This document shows, in pieces, positions 33,547-47,504 of a stretch of 64,000 nucleotides of DNA. The stretch is from Mytilus californianus. Taxonomy: Eukaryota. A program made the position numbers and the translations under genes. Under the pieces are notes generated by a model. The model was not told where the DNA came from, did not search any database, and worked only from the letters and a program-made list of their open reading frames with translations. Every line of letters begins with the position of its first letter. Positions within the stretch are counted from its first letter, which is position 1. The DNA lies in contig NW_026262593.1 of NCBI RefSeq assembly GCF_021869535.1, forward strand, positions 14,508,001 through 14,572,000. Reading direction: 5' to 3'.

Positions 33547-34339
33547 CTTTGGAAATAACAAAACGAAAAGCGATTAAATTGACACTCAACTGTATATAAA
33601 CAATCACGATGGCAAATTAACAAATTGTGCATAAGATTAAAGCAGAGTATATCTACTACTAAGTACAAATCAGACTACTTTACTTAAACATTTAATCACG
33701 TGATATACGGGAAAATAGCATGTATTTGTGAAAAGTTATTTTTATTAAAGGCGACAACTTCAAAAAGACACAACTACAACTAACTACACTTATCATATTA
33801 CTTGATATGTATAGTTTTTGTATTTTCTGCTCCATCAATGACACCTGTTATAATACTCGTGTTAAAATCTAACAAATGTAAGTCATGGTCATTAAAAAGG
33901 TCGGATACCATAGAAGATTGTCATCTTACTTTTATCATACCATTATCGTTAAGCCATGGCGGTACATTTCAATTTACTTTATTGCAAATATGGCCGTTTG
34001 TGAAATTCGAAAAAAAAACATGTGAAGGATTCCTCTGGACAGAAGATACTAGACTCCATCAGTTACGAAAGAAAATACACGAGCAATTAAAAAATATCCC
34101 AAAAACACATTACAGAAAATAAAGCAAAGAATAAGAACCAAATGCAAGAGCAGTGAAAGTGAAATGCACATGTAGCATTAACGCGTACGGTTTCCAATTA
34201 AACTGTTAATTAATGTTGTCTCTTGAGTGACGAGGGTAATAAATTCCTCGATTTAATTCACGTCGTGTACAACCGGCTTTTGCCTTGATCATGTTTTGAA
34301 TTTGATTATTATTTTATTAACAGCAAAAATGTTATTTAT

Positions 34340-35450
34340 TGAATGAATGAATAAATATTTTATTGCAGAAGCAAACATAATGCTATAGCAAAATAACATA
34401 ATATAAAATGACAATGATGACAGTAAACAGAGAATAACACAATAAAGTCAAAGCAAGCACAGAACTACAACTGTTATGCAATTATAATTTGTGATCTTAG
34501 CTTCCATGCCGCATTAAGAAATTTACACAATTGTTTTGGTTGAATTCTATGAGCTAGCTTGCAAAAGAAATGCAAGTATTCTATTATTTGGCCACGAACA
34601 ATAATACTTAGGTAAAAACTGTAGCCTCAATGATCTATAGGCAGGACAAACCAATACAAAATAATACTCATTTTCTATACAATTCATATAACAACATGTA
34701 CATATACGATTTTCTCTTGCAATATTGTCAAAACGACCAACTTCTATATTCAGTTTTCATGTTCCACTACGTAGTGTAGTGAGTAAATTACTATTAATCA
34801 TAATTTAAGTAATCCTCTAGAAAAAAATCATTTTTTAATTTTCTATATACATCTGTAAACACAGTTTTTCACAATCATTCAAAATAGCGAACCAGTTCTG
34901 GTAGTATTGATCGTTTTTCGACATTTTATATATTCAAAAGAAATATTAATGTTCTCTTGGTCATTTCATACAAAGTTTAGACCTAAACTGAAAAGTAAAT
35001 CGCGCACATTTGAAACCCAGTTTCTCTTACCATTTGAAGCATCAATACGTACATTTTTATAAATATCTTATTAGGATTATTATATGTTATATGCAACCAA
35101 AACTTTATAAGTCTATGTTTTCTTAAAATGAACATAGGTAAATGACCAAGTTCACCACATAAAAAGGCGATTGGTACATTTTTACCAAGTTTTAATACAA
35201 AACGATAGATTATGAACGAGTTCTTTGTCATTGGCTCGATGAAATTCCCAAATTTCAGACGCATAGTTAAGTATAGAGGCCACCACACTATTAAACAAAA
35301 AACATGCTCGACTTTTTCAATATAAACTCGCTTGAGAGTGTCGAATAAGGAAGAAAATGCCTTGCTCCTTGCTGAGAAATCCTCTTCTGAGAGTGCAAGA
35401 ACAAAACTATTCATAGTTTGAATAGGTTATTAATCATGAAAATGAATATG
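34340..35450 (-). mobile_element. 5'-truncated, decayed non-LTR retrotransposon (LINE ORF2 C-terminal region)
   Basis: Minus-strand translation gives FLCGELGHLPMFILRKHRLIKFWLHI and, past stops, KLNIEVGRFDNIARENRICTCC...ENEYYFVLVCPAYRSLR, the usual post-RT C-terminal Cys motif of LINE ORF2. The 3' end reads AATAAAATATTTATTCATTCATTC. Clade not determined. Confidence 0.82.
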
Positions 35451-36374
35451 ATATGAAAACTCTCTGTGATATACTAAAATATATAGATCTAAACATTTTA
35501 TTTAGCTATTCGTATCATCAGGTTAAAACAAAATGTTCTAAATGCTCGAGATTAAAAAATATTTGAACATCCATAACCTGAAACAAACGTTCAACAGATG
35601 ACAAAAAAAAAAAAAAAAAAGGAACAAAAATATAGTAAAACCCGGTAAAGGAACAAAATATAGTAAAACCCGGTCAAGGAACCAGAGCTATGCATGAGTT
35701 TTTCTCAGTCAATTAACACAATGTATAATATCTCTCCCATGAAGACAATTAAAACAGGATATATCGTTACCTGTAATGTAGATATTATTCAATACCAAGA
35801 TATAATATAAATAATATCACTGACTTTTTTACATATTACAATTTCTAAAAAATCAAAAACGAAGTAGACGAAAAAGGTATGATTTCAACTTGACAGTCAC
35901 AAACGTTAAATGACGACGATGGTCCTATTACTGTGTATACATAACAACTTGTGCGATTTACTGGAGTACCAGTATCTTATAATAAGCTGACTTTAATGTT
36001 TAATAGTTGGTAAATGCACTATCCAGGTGTCTCAATGTCTGTATTGCATAGTTTTACGACATGTAGATCTAGATAGGCAAAAGGGGTGTTTTGCAAGCAC
36101 GTCAATCTGGTTTAACCCTCTCAAATTGTATGCATAGGACATCATTCGTAAATATAAATTAACATGCAGACATCTTATACGTTCAGGTATTTCACATCCA
36201 ATCTTTTATGGTAATATTCTTTACACAGCACAAAAATGTCGGCATTCACCTCAAAAGCTAATCAAACTTTTAAACAGACTTATTCGGAAGGGATATAATT
36301 ACGATACTGTTCTCAAGTCATTAAGGATTGCATATTTTGGTATTGACATTGATTCACTCATAGGGTTTTTGCAT

Positions 36375-37012
36375 CGGAAATAAACACATTTATTCTAAAA
36401 CCAGTTGTTGACATGGGTTATGTTCTTCTCATATATTTTATGATGGTATGATACTAAACCCCTAACAAGAGGGATTGTACTTGATTTTCATATGATGAAG
36501 ACATAATCTTTCAATCAGTTTAATTGAGGTCTGGAGCTGGAATGTCAGTAACTGCTAGTAGTCCTTTGTTAATTTATGTATCATTGTCATTTTGCTTCGT
36601 TTCTTTTGTTACCTATTCTGACATCGGACTCGGACTTCTTTTTACTGTGTGTATCGCTGTGTGTTTTTTTATTCTACATTGGCTAGAGGTATAGGGGGAG
36701 GGTTGAGATCTCACAAAACATGTTTAACCCCGCCGCATTTTTGCGCCTTTCCCAAGTCAGGAGCCTCTGGCCTTTGCTAGTCTTGTATGTTTTTTTTAAT
36801 TTTAGTTCATTTATATGTTTTGGAGTTTAGTATGACGTCCGTTTTCACTGAACTAGTACACATTTTTATTTAGGGGCCAGCTGAGGACCATCTCCGGGTG
36901 CGGGATTTTCTCGCTGCGTTGAAGACCCATTGGTGGCCTTCGTCTGTTATTTGCTCTTTGGCCGGGTTGTTTTCTCTTTGACATATTCCCCATTTCCATT
37001 CTCAATTTTATT
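36375..37012 (-). repeat. Interspersed repeat family B, long copy
   Basis: Includes the reverse complement of 16679-17092. Confidence 0.85.
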
Positions 37013-37271
37013 TTATAGACCAAGTTAGGCTATCTGGACCACGTGGTGCTCGTTGTGGTTTTTGTATGTCTTTTTCAGATGAGTCGAGTGGAGATTACTG
37101 ATGTGGTCTGTTGTATTTAACATTGCATACAACACTCTTGCTATATCAATAAACTCATCATAGATACAGGATTAAAATTTGTACGCCAGACGCGCGTTTT
37201 GTCTACAAAAGATTCGTCAGTGACGCTTGAATAAAGTTTAAAATGCCAAATAAAGTACGAAGTTGACGAGA

Positions 37272-37378
37272 ATTAAGGATCCAAAAGTCCAATAGGTTTT
37301 AAAATGTCCTGTACCAAGTCAGCAATTAGGGATCCAAAAGTCCAAAAGGTCATAAAATTTCCTGTACCAAGTCAGGAA
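37272..37378. repeat. Tandem duplication of about 53 bp
   Basis: AATTA.GGATCCAAAAGTCCAA.AGGT...CCTGTACCAAGTCAG occurs twice. Confidence 0.75.
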
Positions 37379-38695
37379 ACTGGCCATTGTTATATTATAG
37401 TCCGTTTCTGTGTGTGTTACATTTTAATGTTGTGTTTCTGTTGTGTCGTAGTTCTCCTCTTATATTTGATGTGTTTCCCTCAGTTTTAGTTTGTAACCCG
37501 GATTTGTTTTTTTCTCAATCGATTTATGAATTTCGAACAGCGGTATACTACTGTTGCCTTTATTTTGCAAAGCTTTTACAGCTAAGGTATTCTATTCCTA
37601 GGGTAGATAATCCATAGTATTTATATAATAGCACTATCTCTATTGTAGGTTACCTATGAACGGTATGTCGATTGGCTATTTGTGTTGTTAGTTTTCTGTC
37701 TCATTGACGTATCTACCGTTTTGATTTTTCGCATATTTAAGCTGTCACAACATCATTTAAAAAGTAATATGAACAACATAAGCTGTATGTGTTTCAGATA
37801 TATAATGTATATGGTTCTGGTATTCTAATTCATTCTATAAGCGTTTACACTGCAACGACTCGTACCTGGATACAAATGCTTAATGAGACGCGTTTCAATC
37901 CTTGTATTGATTAACAAATGGATAGTTTCTGCTTTCAAAACAGCTAGCAAGATAGAGTATATGAATGCATGTTCATTAAAAAGTGTGATGTTATTTGTTT
38001 GAAGCGGTTCTGGGTGAAAAATATTGTCTTTTATTCATAAGGATCTAATCTTGAAGAATACATATCTTAATTATGATATCAATCAAATGTGAATTTATAA
38101 ATTCCTCATAATCATAAAATTATAATTTGTCGATATTCATAAGTATTCTGTAATGTGTGTTTTTAATTGTTTTATGATTCTACTTATCTTTGCCAATACA
38201 ACAACTCTCCATAAAATACCAAAATGACAAGAATGTTAACAACTGAAGGTCAATGTTCGACCTTCTACAATATGCTAATTCAATACCGTTTGCATGGTAT
38301 GGACAGGTTCAAAAGACTCCGGTTTACAAAATGTACAATCCTTTGTTTTTTGTGTGTTTTTTGCTGTGTGTGTACTGAATTGTGCCATGGATGGATGGCC
38401 CGTGTCCTTTGTTTTTCTAATCATTCAAAATAGAAGACATGATTTAACTATTAATATAAAAAAAAGTTTGTCAGACATAACAAAATGACATCTTCTGCAC
38501 TGATTTGGGACATGAACATATAAATGTTGCAGGGTTTGAATTTCTCAATCAAAGGTGCAATAGCATAACAATAAAAAAAAACTATCATGTGAAATACTTA
38601 TTTGATTTTTAAGTAACAAGTGTGGACACAGACTTGTGTTGTCAGATTAGTGAACTTTTATAATGACTTACGCAGGGGATGATTCTGCAGAGTGC

Positions 38696-39625
38696 CTAAA
38701 GGCGTAGATACCATTAAAAAATCGAAATTTTGTTACGTTGTTTTGTTGGTAAATATGGAAACCGTTTTACATTGAAAAATTAAATAGATACCTAAGGAAA
38801 TAACAAAACATTAACAACGAAGGACAACTCTCAGAAGAAACACTTGAAAATTACCTTGACTGATATCATTCTTCAAAAATGTTGCATATTTGATTTTATC
38901 ATGCATAGACTCCCAAGACCAAACTGAAATTTAAATGATTGAGATAAAAATAAAATTTGAAAGCATCTTTGAACGATGAATTTAATGCAAGAAAAAAGTG
39001 TGGATACTTCGGAATATCAGTGAAAAATTTGATAATGATACTGAGAATGCAATGAATAAGTTTAGCATCTTTTCTATCTTGTGAGTAACATCTAATGTAA
39101 CATTTTGCAGTGGAAGACATTTGTATAAGCTTTGCATTTGGTATTTGTTTTCATCATGACTAAAGGCGTAGATACCATTAAAAAATCGAAATTTTGTTAC
39201 GTTGTTTTGTTGGTAAATATGGAAACCGTTTTACATTGAAAAATTAAATAGATACCTAAGGAAATAACAAAACATTAACAACGAAGGACAACTCTCAGAA
39301 GAAACACTTGAAAATTACCTTGACTGATATCATTCTTCAAAAATGTTGCATATTTGATTTTATCATGCATAGACTCCCAAGACCAAACTGAAATTTAAAT
39401 GATTGAGATAAAAATAAAATTTGAAAGCATCTTTGAACGATGAATTTAATGCAAGAAAAAAGTGTGGATACTTCGGAATATCAGTGAAAAATTTGATAAT
39501 GATACTGAGAATGCAATGAATAAGTTTAGCATCTTTTCTATCTTGTGAGTAACATCTAATGTAACATTTTGCAGTGGAAGACATTTGTATAAGCTTTGCA
39601 TTTGGTATTTGTTTTCATCATGACT
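38696..39625. repeat. Apparently perfect 464-bp tandem duplication
   Basis: Identical ORFs at 38899 and 39363 (offset 464). No difference found by eye. Confidence 0.95.
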
Positions 39626-39829
39626 CCTAAAACCAAACTTGAATTTAAAGGATTTAAGAAAAACAAAAGCTGATCAAATCTCTTGAAATATTTTTAAATT
39701 AAAAAAAAAGCCAACAACATAAAATGTCAATTTAATTGACAAAAAAGTCATTTTGAACAAGTTTTTAGTATTTGTTTTAAAAAGATTTAAGGTAAATTTT
39801 GGCCAACTAGCTTAATACGTATATGAGGA

Positions 39830-40098
39830 ATCTGATGTTCAGTAGTTGTCGTTTGTTGATGTGGTTCATAAGTGTTTCTCGTTTCTCGTTTTTTATATAG
39901 ATTAGACCGTTGGTTTTCCCGTTTGAATGGTTTTACACTAGTAATTTTTTGAGGCCCTTTATAGCTTAATGTTCGGTGTGAGCCAAGGCTCCGTGTTGAA
40001 GACCGTACTGTGACCTATAATGATTTACTTTTATAAATTTTGACTTGGATGGAGAGTTGTCTCATTGGCACTCATACAACATCTTCTTATATCTATAG
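39830..40098 (-). repeat. Interspersed repeat family A copy (subtype of 6654 and 58303)
   Basis: GTTTCTCGTTTCTCG...GGATGGAGAGTTGTCTCATTGGCACTCATAC.ACATCTTCTTATATCT. Confidence 0.88.
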
Positions 40099-40765
40099 GT
40101 ACTTGTACACCATTGGCTTTCGTAATGTGGCTTTGAACATTCCTGATTAAAGGTAGATCAAGAAAAGTACTTTGGACGCACCAATTTGTTTTTGAAGAAT
40201 TTCTATTTGACTTATTCAACCTCTTGATTCAGAGATTTTGTTGGTACACACATGTATATGATATAAGATTTCACTGAAACTAAATTAAAACAACGTTAAA
40301 TCAATTTACAGAAACTTTTGTATATACTTTAATCCATATTCAAAATTAAGATTGAACTGGGACACTTTGCTGGATACCAGTAATTTTTAATCGACAAATG
40401 CATCCGCACTTTATATACTGAGTAAATAATGTTTAGCAACACAAATTTTTGATTCTATGTTTGAATAACAAAATTTACTTTTTAAAATAATAATTGATAA
40501 ATATTGTAACAACGAAAATAAACCATAAGGTATAATATTCATTCAACATAATATATTTATTTCCTCAACTTTAGATTCAATTTAAAATCTAATAGATGTT
40601 GCTAAACTTTTTTACCCAGACGTATATTTGTGCGGTAATGAAGCATTACATTATCAAATACATTGTATTCGTTGAACTTAACATGTAATCAACTTTTATA
40701 AAAAGATCATGGTTTGCAGTCTAAAGTAAAGTTTTAAACCGAAAAGTAACCGAGCACTTTCGGTA

Positions 40766-43700
40766 TTATACTAGAAACACATCAGTCATTATGTTGGATC
40801 TATTTCCGAATAACGATTTTGGAAAAGGATCATATCCAAATAATTTGAAGTCATTATGATACACATTCTGCAACTTGTACATTAAAGTAAGAGGAATAGT
40901 GTTATACGCTTGTATAAAAAGTTTCCGTCTTTGTACTGAAAGATTGTCCTTTTTGGATATTTGGTGTGTGGTCGAAATAATAGTTAGTAATTTTGATAAC
41001 AATATGTGTTGCGATTCTTTCTTATTTAAGGGGATAGATTTATTCTCAGAAATTATCCCCCTATACTGTAGCTTCCTCCAAATTCGTTGCAAACCAGTAT
41101 ACGGATTCATGCATTTTTTAGACTCGTGTCGAAAAGCAATAAAAGCTTGAACTGTATCATAAATGGCATCATATTTATACTCATCGCTAAAATTTTGTGT
41201 AATGTAAGGGCTTGAGTTTATTTGAAATTTAGCAAAAATATTGACTGTATCATTTAGAAAATTTTCCATTTTGCCAATATAATGATAATTGACTTGACAT
41301 GGTCTACAGATGGAATGGATGGGTATAAAATGATCGTCTAATTTTTCTATTGGGGTTTGAATGATGTATTCCACAAGGTCTCTGAAAGTAACAGCACTAC
41401 CACACGAGGGGTTTTTACCAACTGTTTTCATAATTATGACACCTAGTGTTTTCCAAAAATACGGATTAGGTGAATATAATTTATCAATGTACGCTGACAA
41501 AATTCGTGAATAAGGATTTCTAGTGAACATGAAACTTCTGGTTTCTGTTAATATGTTATACGTTCCATTCAAACTATGCTTTGCACACGAAACACGATAT
41601 TTGCTCTGTTCATCCTGTGGTTTTATACGAAATGGGGATAATTTAATGTTTCTTTGTAAATAGGCGAGAAGGCGCTTCCAAAATGTTGATCCTCCCTTAT
41701 AAACTCTACAATAAGCAAGTTGCTTGCTGAATAGAGGCATTATACTGTTCTTAAAAACGGCATCCATTTTAGTTTCATTAAGACTTTCTGCATCGCAAAG
41801 ATCTTTTGGGAAATGGTAACCATCTTTCCAAGACCTCTTTGTAATATCTGTCTAAAAAGAAAATGAAAATAGTCTTTGATCGTTTTCTTTCAATCGATTT
41901 ATGACTTTTGAACAGCAGTATACCACTGTTGCCTTTATTTGAGAGCGTTGTCGAATACTAGTATAATATTATTACCAAATTGAATATTATAATGACTAGA
42001 AGGACTATTTTGCCATACAAATATTTTTTTTATATAAAAAACCTTATTTTGCTTTTTGTTTTCCCCGTTTTGAGTAATAAGCATGTTTCGGAATCTATCA
42101 TACAGTGTGGTGAAATATATACTTATCAGTCAATCAAGCATTTCATTATCATATAAATGTATTACAATGTGAAGTTAGCAGTATCCTTTAACTTTTTTTT
42201 TTACTTTCCGCTATATAGATGATGTTCTTTCACTAAATAATTCAAAATTTGGTGACTATGTTGAACGCATCTATCCCATTGAACTTAAGATAAAGGATAC
42301 AACAGATACAGTTAAGTCTGCCTCATATCTTGACTTACATCTAGAAATTGACAATGAGGGTCGGTTGAAATAAAAACTTTACAACAAAATAGATGATTTC
42401 AGCTTCCCAATTGTGAACTTTCCATTTCTATGTAGCAACATTCCAGTAGCGCCTGCATACGGAGTATATATCTCCCCGTTGATACGATATTCCAGGGCTT
42501 GTATTTCCTATCATGATTTCCTCGATAGAGGGTTGCTGCTCACAAGGAAGCTATTACACCAAGAGTTCCAAGTGGTGAAGTTGAAATCATCCCTTCGTAA
42601 GTTTTACGGACACCATCACGAGTTGGTTGACCGTTATGGTATATCCGTTTCACGAATGATAGCGGATATGTTCCTAATGTCGTCACTACGATCCCGCTCC
42701 GTTCCCTCTTTCCGAATGTGACCTACCGAATTAGACTTATTACCGGGTTTGTACTAACATAAGTAACACGACGAGTGCCACATGTGAAGCAGGATCTGCT
42801 TACCCTTCGGGAGCACCTGATATCTCCACCAGTTTTTGGAGTGGTTCGTGTTGCTCAGTCTTTAGTTGTCTATGCTTTGTTTTGTGTACTATTGTTTATT
42901 TGTCGGTCTTTTTCTTTTTTAGCCATGACGTTGTCAGTTTATTTTCGCCTTATGAGTTTGAATGTCCCTCTGGTATCTTTCGCCTCTCTTTTATCGTAGG
43001 ACATGTAGAAAAAACCGTCCGTTCGGAAAAAAATCTTAACTTAAGTAGTTTTAAGCATATCAGCCGTGACTAACTGGGTGGGGGTGCATTAATTGTCAAT
43101 ATATATATTTTAATTCATACTTCATTAGTGCTCATTCAATCAAAATCAGACGATTACAGCAAATTTACTATGTTCAGTTATGTGCTCCTCACCTCTGTTG
43201 TATGATGTTGATAATTCAATACGAGATAGGAGTCGTGTTTGGTGAATTTAGAATGATTGTGATACCACGTTAAATACTCCTTCACACCTTGTTCACCTAA
43301 AAAAGATTAAAAAACATATGTTATAGGCCAAGTTAAGAAAGCAAATTGTGTGACAAGTGGTAAAGTTCTTTGAAAATTTGAATTTTCCATTAAATTAGAA
43401 CAATGCATATTTTAAGAAACAATGCAAAAAATGTTTTTATTTTAATATTCTACTGTATGCAAATTGCCGTTTTCATGCTGAACTGATACCTGGCAAACAA
43501 ATTTAAATTTCATCACGATACCATAAAGTAGTAAATGAGTCTGAGATATGAATCAAGTGTTCGTTTTACTTGAAATAAAAGCCCCTTATTAGCATAACCC
43601 TGCCTCTGCCTATTATGTCAAATTCTATTGCTGTTACGGGCAAATGTTCTCTCGATTTACAAAATTACGAGTGTAGCAATCTCGACTTACACCAATAAAT

Positions 43701-46616
43701 CGGTATAAATAATTGATGTAAACTATTTTGAATGTTAGTAGATTCAGTTTGCGATTTACATTTCAACCTCTTAACAGTGCACATCAATGTTAGTTACCGC
43801 CTACGAAGAGAACAAATTCAATCCTATAACGTTGTAATCCACGTTTATTGAAAAATCCCTTTCAACTTTCAAATTAGTGTAAAATTGAAAAACATCATGC
43901 ATATTTCATGCTGTTTTGTCGCAGTACATTGTCTGTTGTGCAGTTGGAAAACCCTGATGTATCAATCCTGGACTGCCGTTGTGTTGAGTGAACCAGCAGT
44001 ATTTTGCCTGTCCCTTGCAGATTAAGATTTATGGGACCACTGCGAAAGTAGCGAGATTGTGTTCCATTTGACATTATATTGTCGTGCAATTGCACCCTCG
44101 GACTCTAAGACTTAAGGACGTTTAAGAGCGATATTCCGTGCAGCTATTGAAACTTAAAAAGAGAGGAGATACAAAGAGTGCAATACAAATCCACCAAAAC
44201 AGACAATACCTAGGCAAAAAACCCCGAGGAAACGAATGTTAACAATATAGAAGCATTATACAGAAAAGTAAAGAGTTAGCAATACGAAACTCACCTATAA
44301 CCGGCGAAAACGCGGGTGCTGTGGAGGGGTAAGCAGTTCCTTGTCCTCTGGTGGTTTCCGCAGTTTTACTCATAGCAAGTTAAAATGTCGCATTCGTTTC
44401 ACATTGCATGTGAAGTTACCGTCACAGGGAGTACTAATTACCAAGAAAAAGCAAAGGATGCAAAAATGTATGCAACGTTTATGATTTAACGTGGATTACA
44501 ACGTTATAGGATTGAATTTGCTCTCTTCGTAGGCGGTAACTAACATTGATGTGCACTGTTAAGAGGTTGAAATGTAAATCGCAAACTGAATCTACTAACA
44601 TTCAAAAGAGTTTACATCAATTATTTATACCGATTTATTGGTGTAAGTCGAGATTGCTACACTCGTAATTTTATAAATCGAGTGAAGCGGTTTTGTCAAG
44701 ATCAAGAAACAGAGGACGGAATAGTGGTTAACAAAAGTGAAACATATCCGTGGACATCGATCCATGACCCATATATTCCATAAAGCTCGATGCACATTGC
44801 ATGTGAAGTTACCGTCACCGGGAGTACTAATTACCAAGAAAAAGTAAAGGATGTAAAAATGTATGCAACGTTTATGATTTATTTAGTGGAAATCTAGAAG
44901 AATAAAAAAAAGTATAATAAAAATACCGAACTCAATTTGTGATTTCCAGTTATTCTAAATCTCAAAGTGGAACATTAGCTTATAAACAAACACACTTGTT
45001 CTCTTAATTGCCACAGCTGAAATGTGTCATAATGCATGTAGCAAATTTATCGAGCGGTTTACATAAGAATTTGAAACTTCTGTTCGATGAAATGGAAATC
45101 ACCAGTAGAACTTCATATAAATACATTTTAGTTCATATACTACCTTTAGTGGTATTTTAAGGGGTTTTTTTTTTCAATATTCGTGGACAATGATTTTCCT
45201 TTCCTTATGATTTGTTTTTCTTCTTTTTCTTCTTTTCCTTCTTTTCCTTATTTATCGTTCTTGTTATTTAACTTTAGTTTTCATTTTCAATTTACATTTT
45301 ATCAACCGGAGAGCAAGTCTCATAATGGTATCGATGTTATTATTCTGGTCATGTGATTTTTTTCAACTAGAAAATTGACATTTTCAGCAACGGCAATGAC
45401 GCCACGAAATCGAAGGCGTAAAGACATTTTATATATTTACCATGCTCGACCAAATATATCATTTGATACGGCAGGTTTGAATCTTCACTACGTTATTCGT
45501 TTAAGGCTGAACATGTAAAATGTCCTTGATAATTTGATTGGCAAAGATAAAAAAGTGCCGCGGCAGTCACACAAGCAAAAACATATATTCTATGGTTTAT
45601 TTATGACATGTGTGTGCCCTCTGTCGGTAGAAAAACGCTTCGGAGGCATCTAATATACCAAAACAGTTAGTATTTTTTATACGTATATTTTCAAATAAAA
45701 ATGCAGCGAGTTACTTCTACACTTCAAATAGAGATGTATCTGTTGAAACTTTTTTTCCCAAACGTTCGGTAATATAATGTCTGATAAGTGGAAATTCCTA
45801 ATATTTTCCCATATAAAAGGTCTCAGCATTAACAAACCACGTAATGATTATCAACAATGAAGAAAACATTTTATAATGATTAAGATTATAACACAATGTT
45901 GACTGCTGTACCACAATTTTTTACCATTTCAACCGATTATGTCTGTTTGGTTTGCTCACACATTGTTGTCAATACAATTGAATTTTATGCGACTGTCATA
46001 CAAGTGAGAGGTTTAGCTAGCTATAAAACTAGATTTAATCCACCATTTTCTACATAAGGAAATGCCTGTATCAAGAGAGTAATATGACAGTTGTTTTCCA
46101 ATCGTTCAAATGTTTTTGAGCGTTTGATTTTGCCATTTGACAAGGGACTTTCCGTTTTGAATTTTCCTTGGAGTACAGTATTTTTGATATTTTACTTTTT
46201 AACAATATCATGCGTCCGAAGCTCATTTCTAAATTTACCTTTATCAGTAACACTTAAACTCAAAGTTTTGAAATGTCTGGATGTATGAATAACTGAAAAC
46301 ATGAGAAACTATAATACCATTAGGCACCACAATAGCCAAATTCATATAAGGTCAACTTACCCGAGGGAGTTGAAAGGTTGAATCAACTAAGAAATAAACA
46401 TACCCTACAACTTAATAAAAACTAGCAAGGAATTCATGTGTAAAAATGACGGTTACAATTTTGATTGGTATATACATCAATGAATTCTTTTCTTTGATAT
46501 AAGGATATGTTAAACAAATATAATTTACCTCGAAACATTAGTAGTATATTCAATGTTGTTAAAATACCACACCAGACTAAAAGCATTAAAAACACACGGA
46601 AAAAGTTTCGAGCCAT
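40766..46616 (-). CDS. Golgi type II carbohydrate sulfotransferase (HNK-1ST/CHST8-14-like, Sulfotransfer_2 family), about 425 aa, 3 coding exons
   Basis: Exons (minus) 46616-46529 (MARNFFRVFLMLLVWCGILTTLNILLMFR signal anchor; acceptor at 46650; an in-frame ATG also at 46634), 43296-43193 (stem) and 41851-40766 (catalytic). Phases 1 and 0 are consistent. PAPS-binding motifs CRVYKGGSTFWKR (5'-PSB) and RNPYSRILSAYIDK (3'-PB), plus DDHFIP and YHYIGKME. Exact orthology not determined. Confidence 0.9.
42200..42995 (+). mobile_element. Penelope-like reverse transcriptase 3' fragment with non-coding tail, decayed, in a sulfotransferase intron (antisense)
   Basis: FTFRYIDDVLSLNN...ASYLDLHLEID...LYNKIDDFSFPIVNFPFLCSNIP..PAYGVYIS.LIRYSRAC contains the RT YIDD motif. 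In-frame TAA at 42371. The Penelope-like assignment is from recalled family motifs. Confidence 0.8.
43651..44881. repeat. Complex local rearrangement: 195-bp inverted duplication plus 88-bp direct duplication
   Basis: 43651-43845 is the reverse complement of 44488-44682. 44400-44488 is repeated at 44794-44881. Confidence 0.92.
45880..46235 (-). repeat. Interspersed repeat family C copy
   Basis: Reverse complement of 60430-60735. Confidence 0.8.
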
Positions 46617-47504
46617 CAATCCATTTACAATCATATTGCTTTTTAAAATCTGAAATGCAAAAACATATTTTAAAGTTATCAAATTAAAAAAAAAGAAATT
46701 GGACTAGAGAGGTGAGATATTTTGAAAGACAAACCTATACATTTGCGAGTAAATTATCAATGTAAAAAACAAAACTAATAAAACTTTGACTGATTTCGTC
46801 TGATAATAAATCAAAGATACCAGGATTAAAATTTTGTACGCCAGACGCGCGATTTGTCTACTAAAGACTCATCAGTGACGTTCGAATGCAAAAAGTTAAA
46901 TAGGCTAAAATAAAGATCAAAGGTATAGAGTATTGAATAAGACATCGTTATATTCTCGGTGAAAAAATATGTTAGTAAACTGATTGACACGATATATCCT
47001 AGAACACTTGGAGACCCTTTTGTCATTTCACAATGATCAAATTCATAACTGTATATGGTTATTAGACTGAAATCTATCATATTATATCGTAATAACTATC
47101 CATCAAACATTAAACATCATTTTGATTAAAGATCATGCATTCATTTGTCAGAATACTTGAAACAATGAATAGATTACTAGGAATTTTTGTAACTAGTATA
47201 TATCATTTGATTTATACTTTCCAAGCAAGTTATTATGCATTAAATAACAGTCTCTAGGTATTCTCTTTACTTTTGATTATCAATAACGAACCAAACAATT
47301 TTTCCCTTTGTAACAAATATATTCTCAAGAATTTAAACAATAATACACCCTTGACTCTCACCTTTTTTCGGTTTGAAAGCTACTGATACATGTTAGTCCA
47401 GAAAACTCGTCGAACGCAAAAATATTGATAAGTATTAATTACTTATAGCAACATAATAGAGGAGTCAACTGAAACGTCTGCTTATTATTTTCCAGTGCTT
47501 TGTT

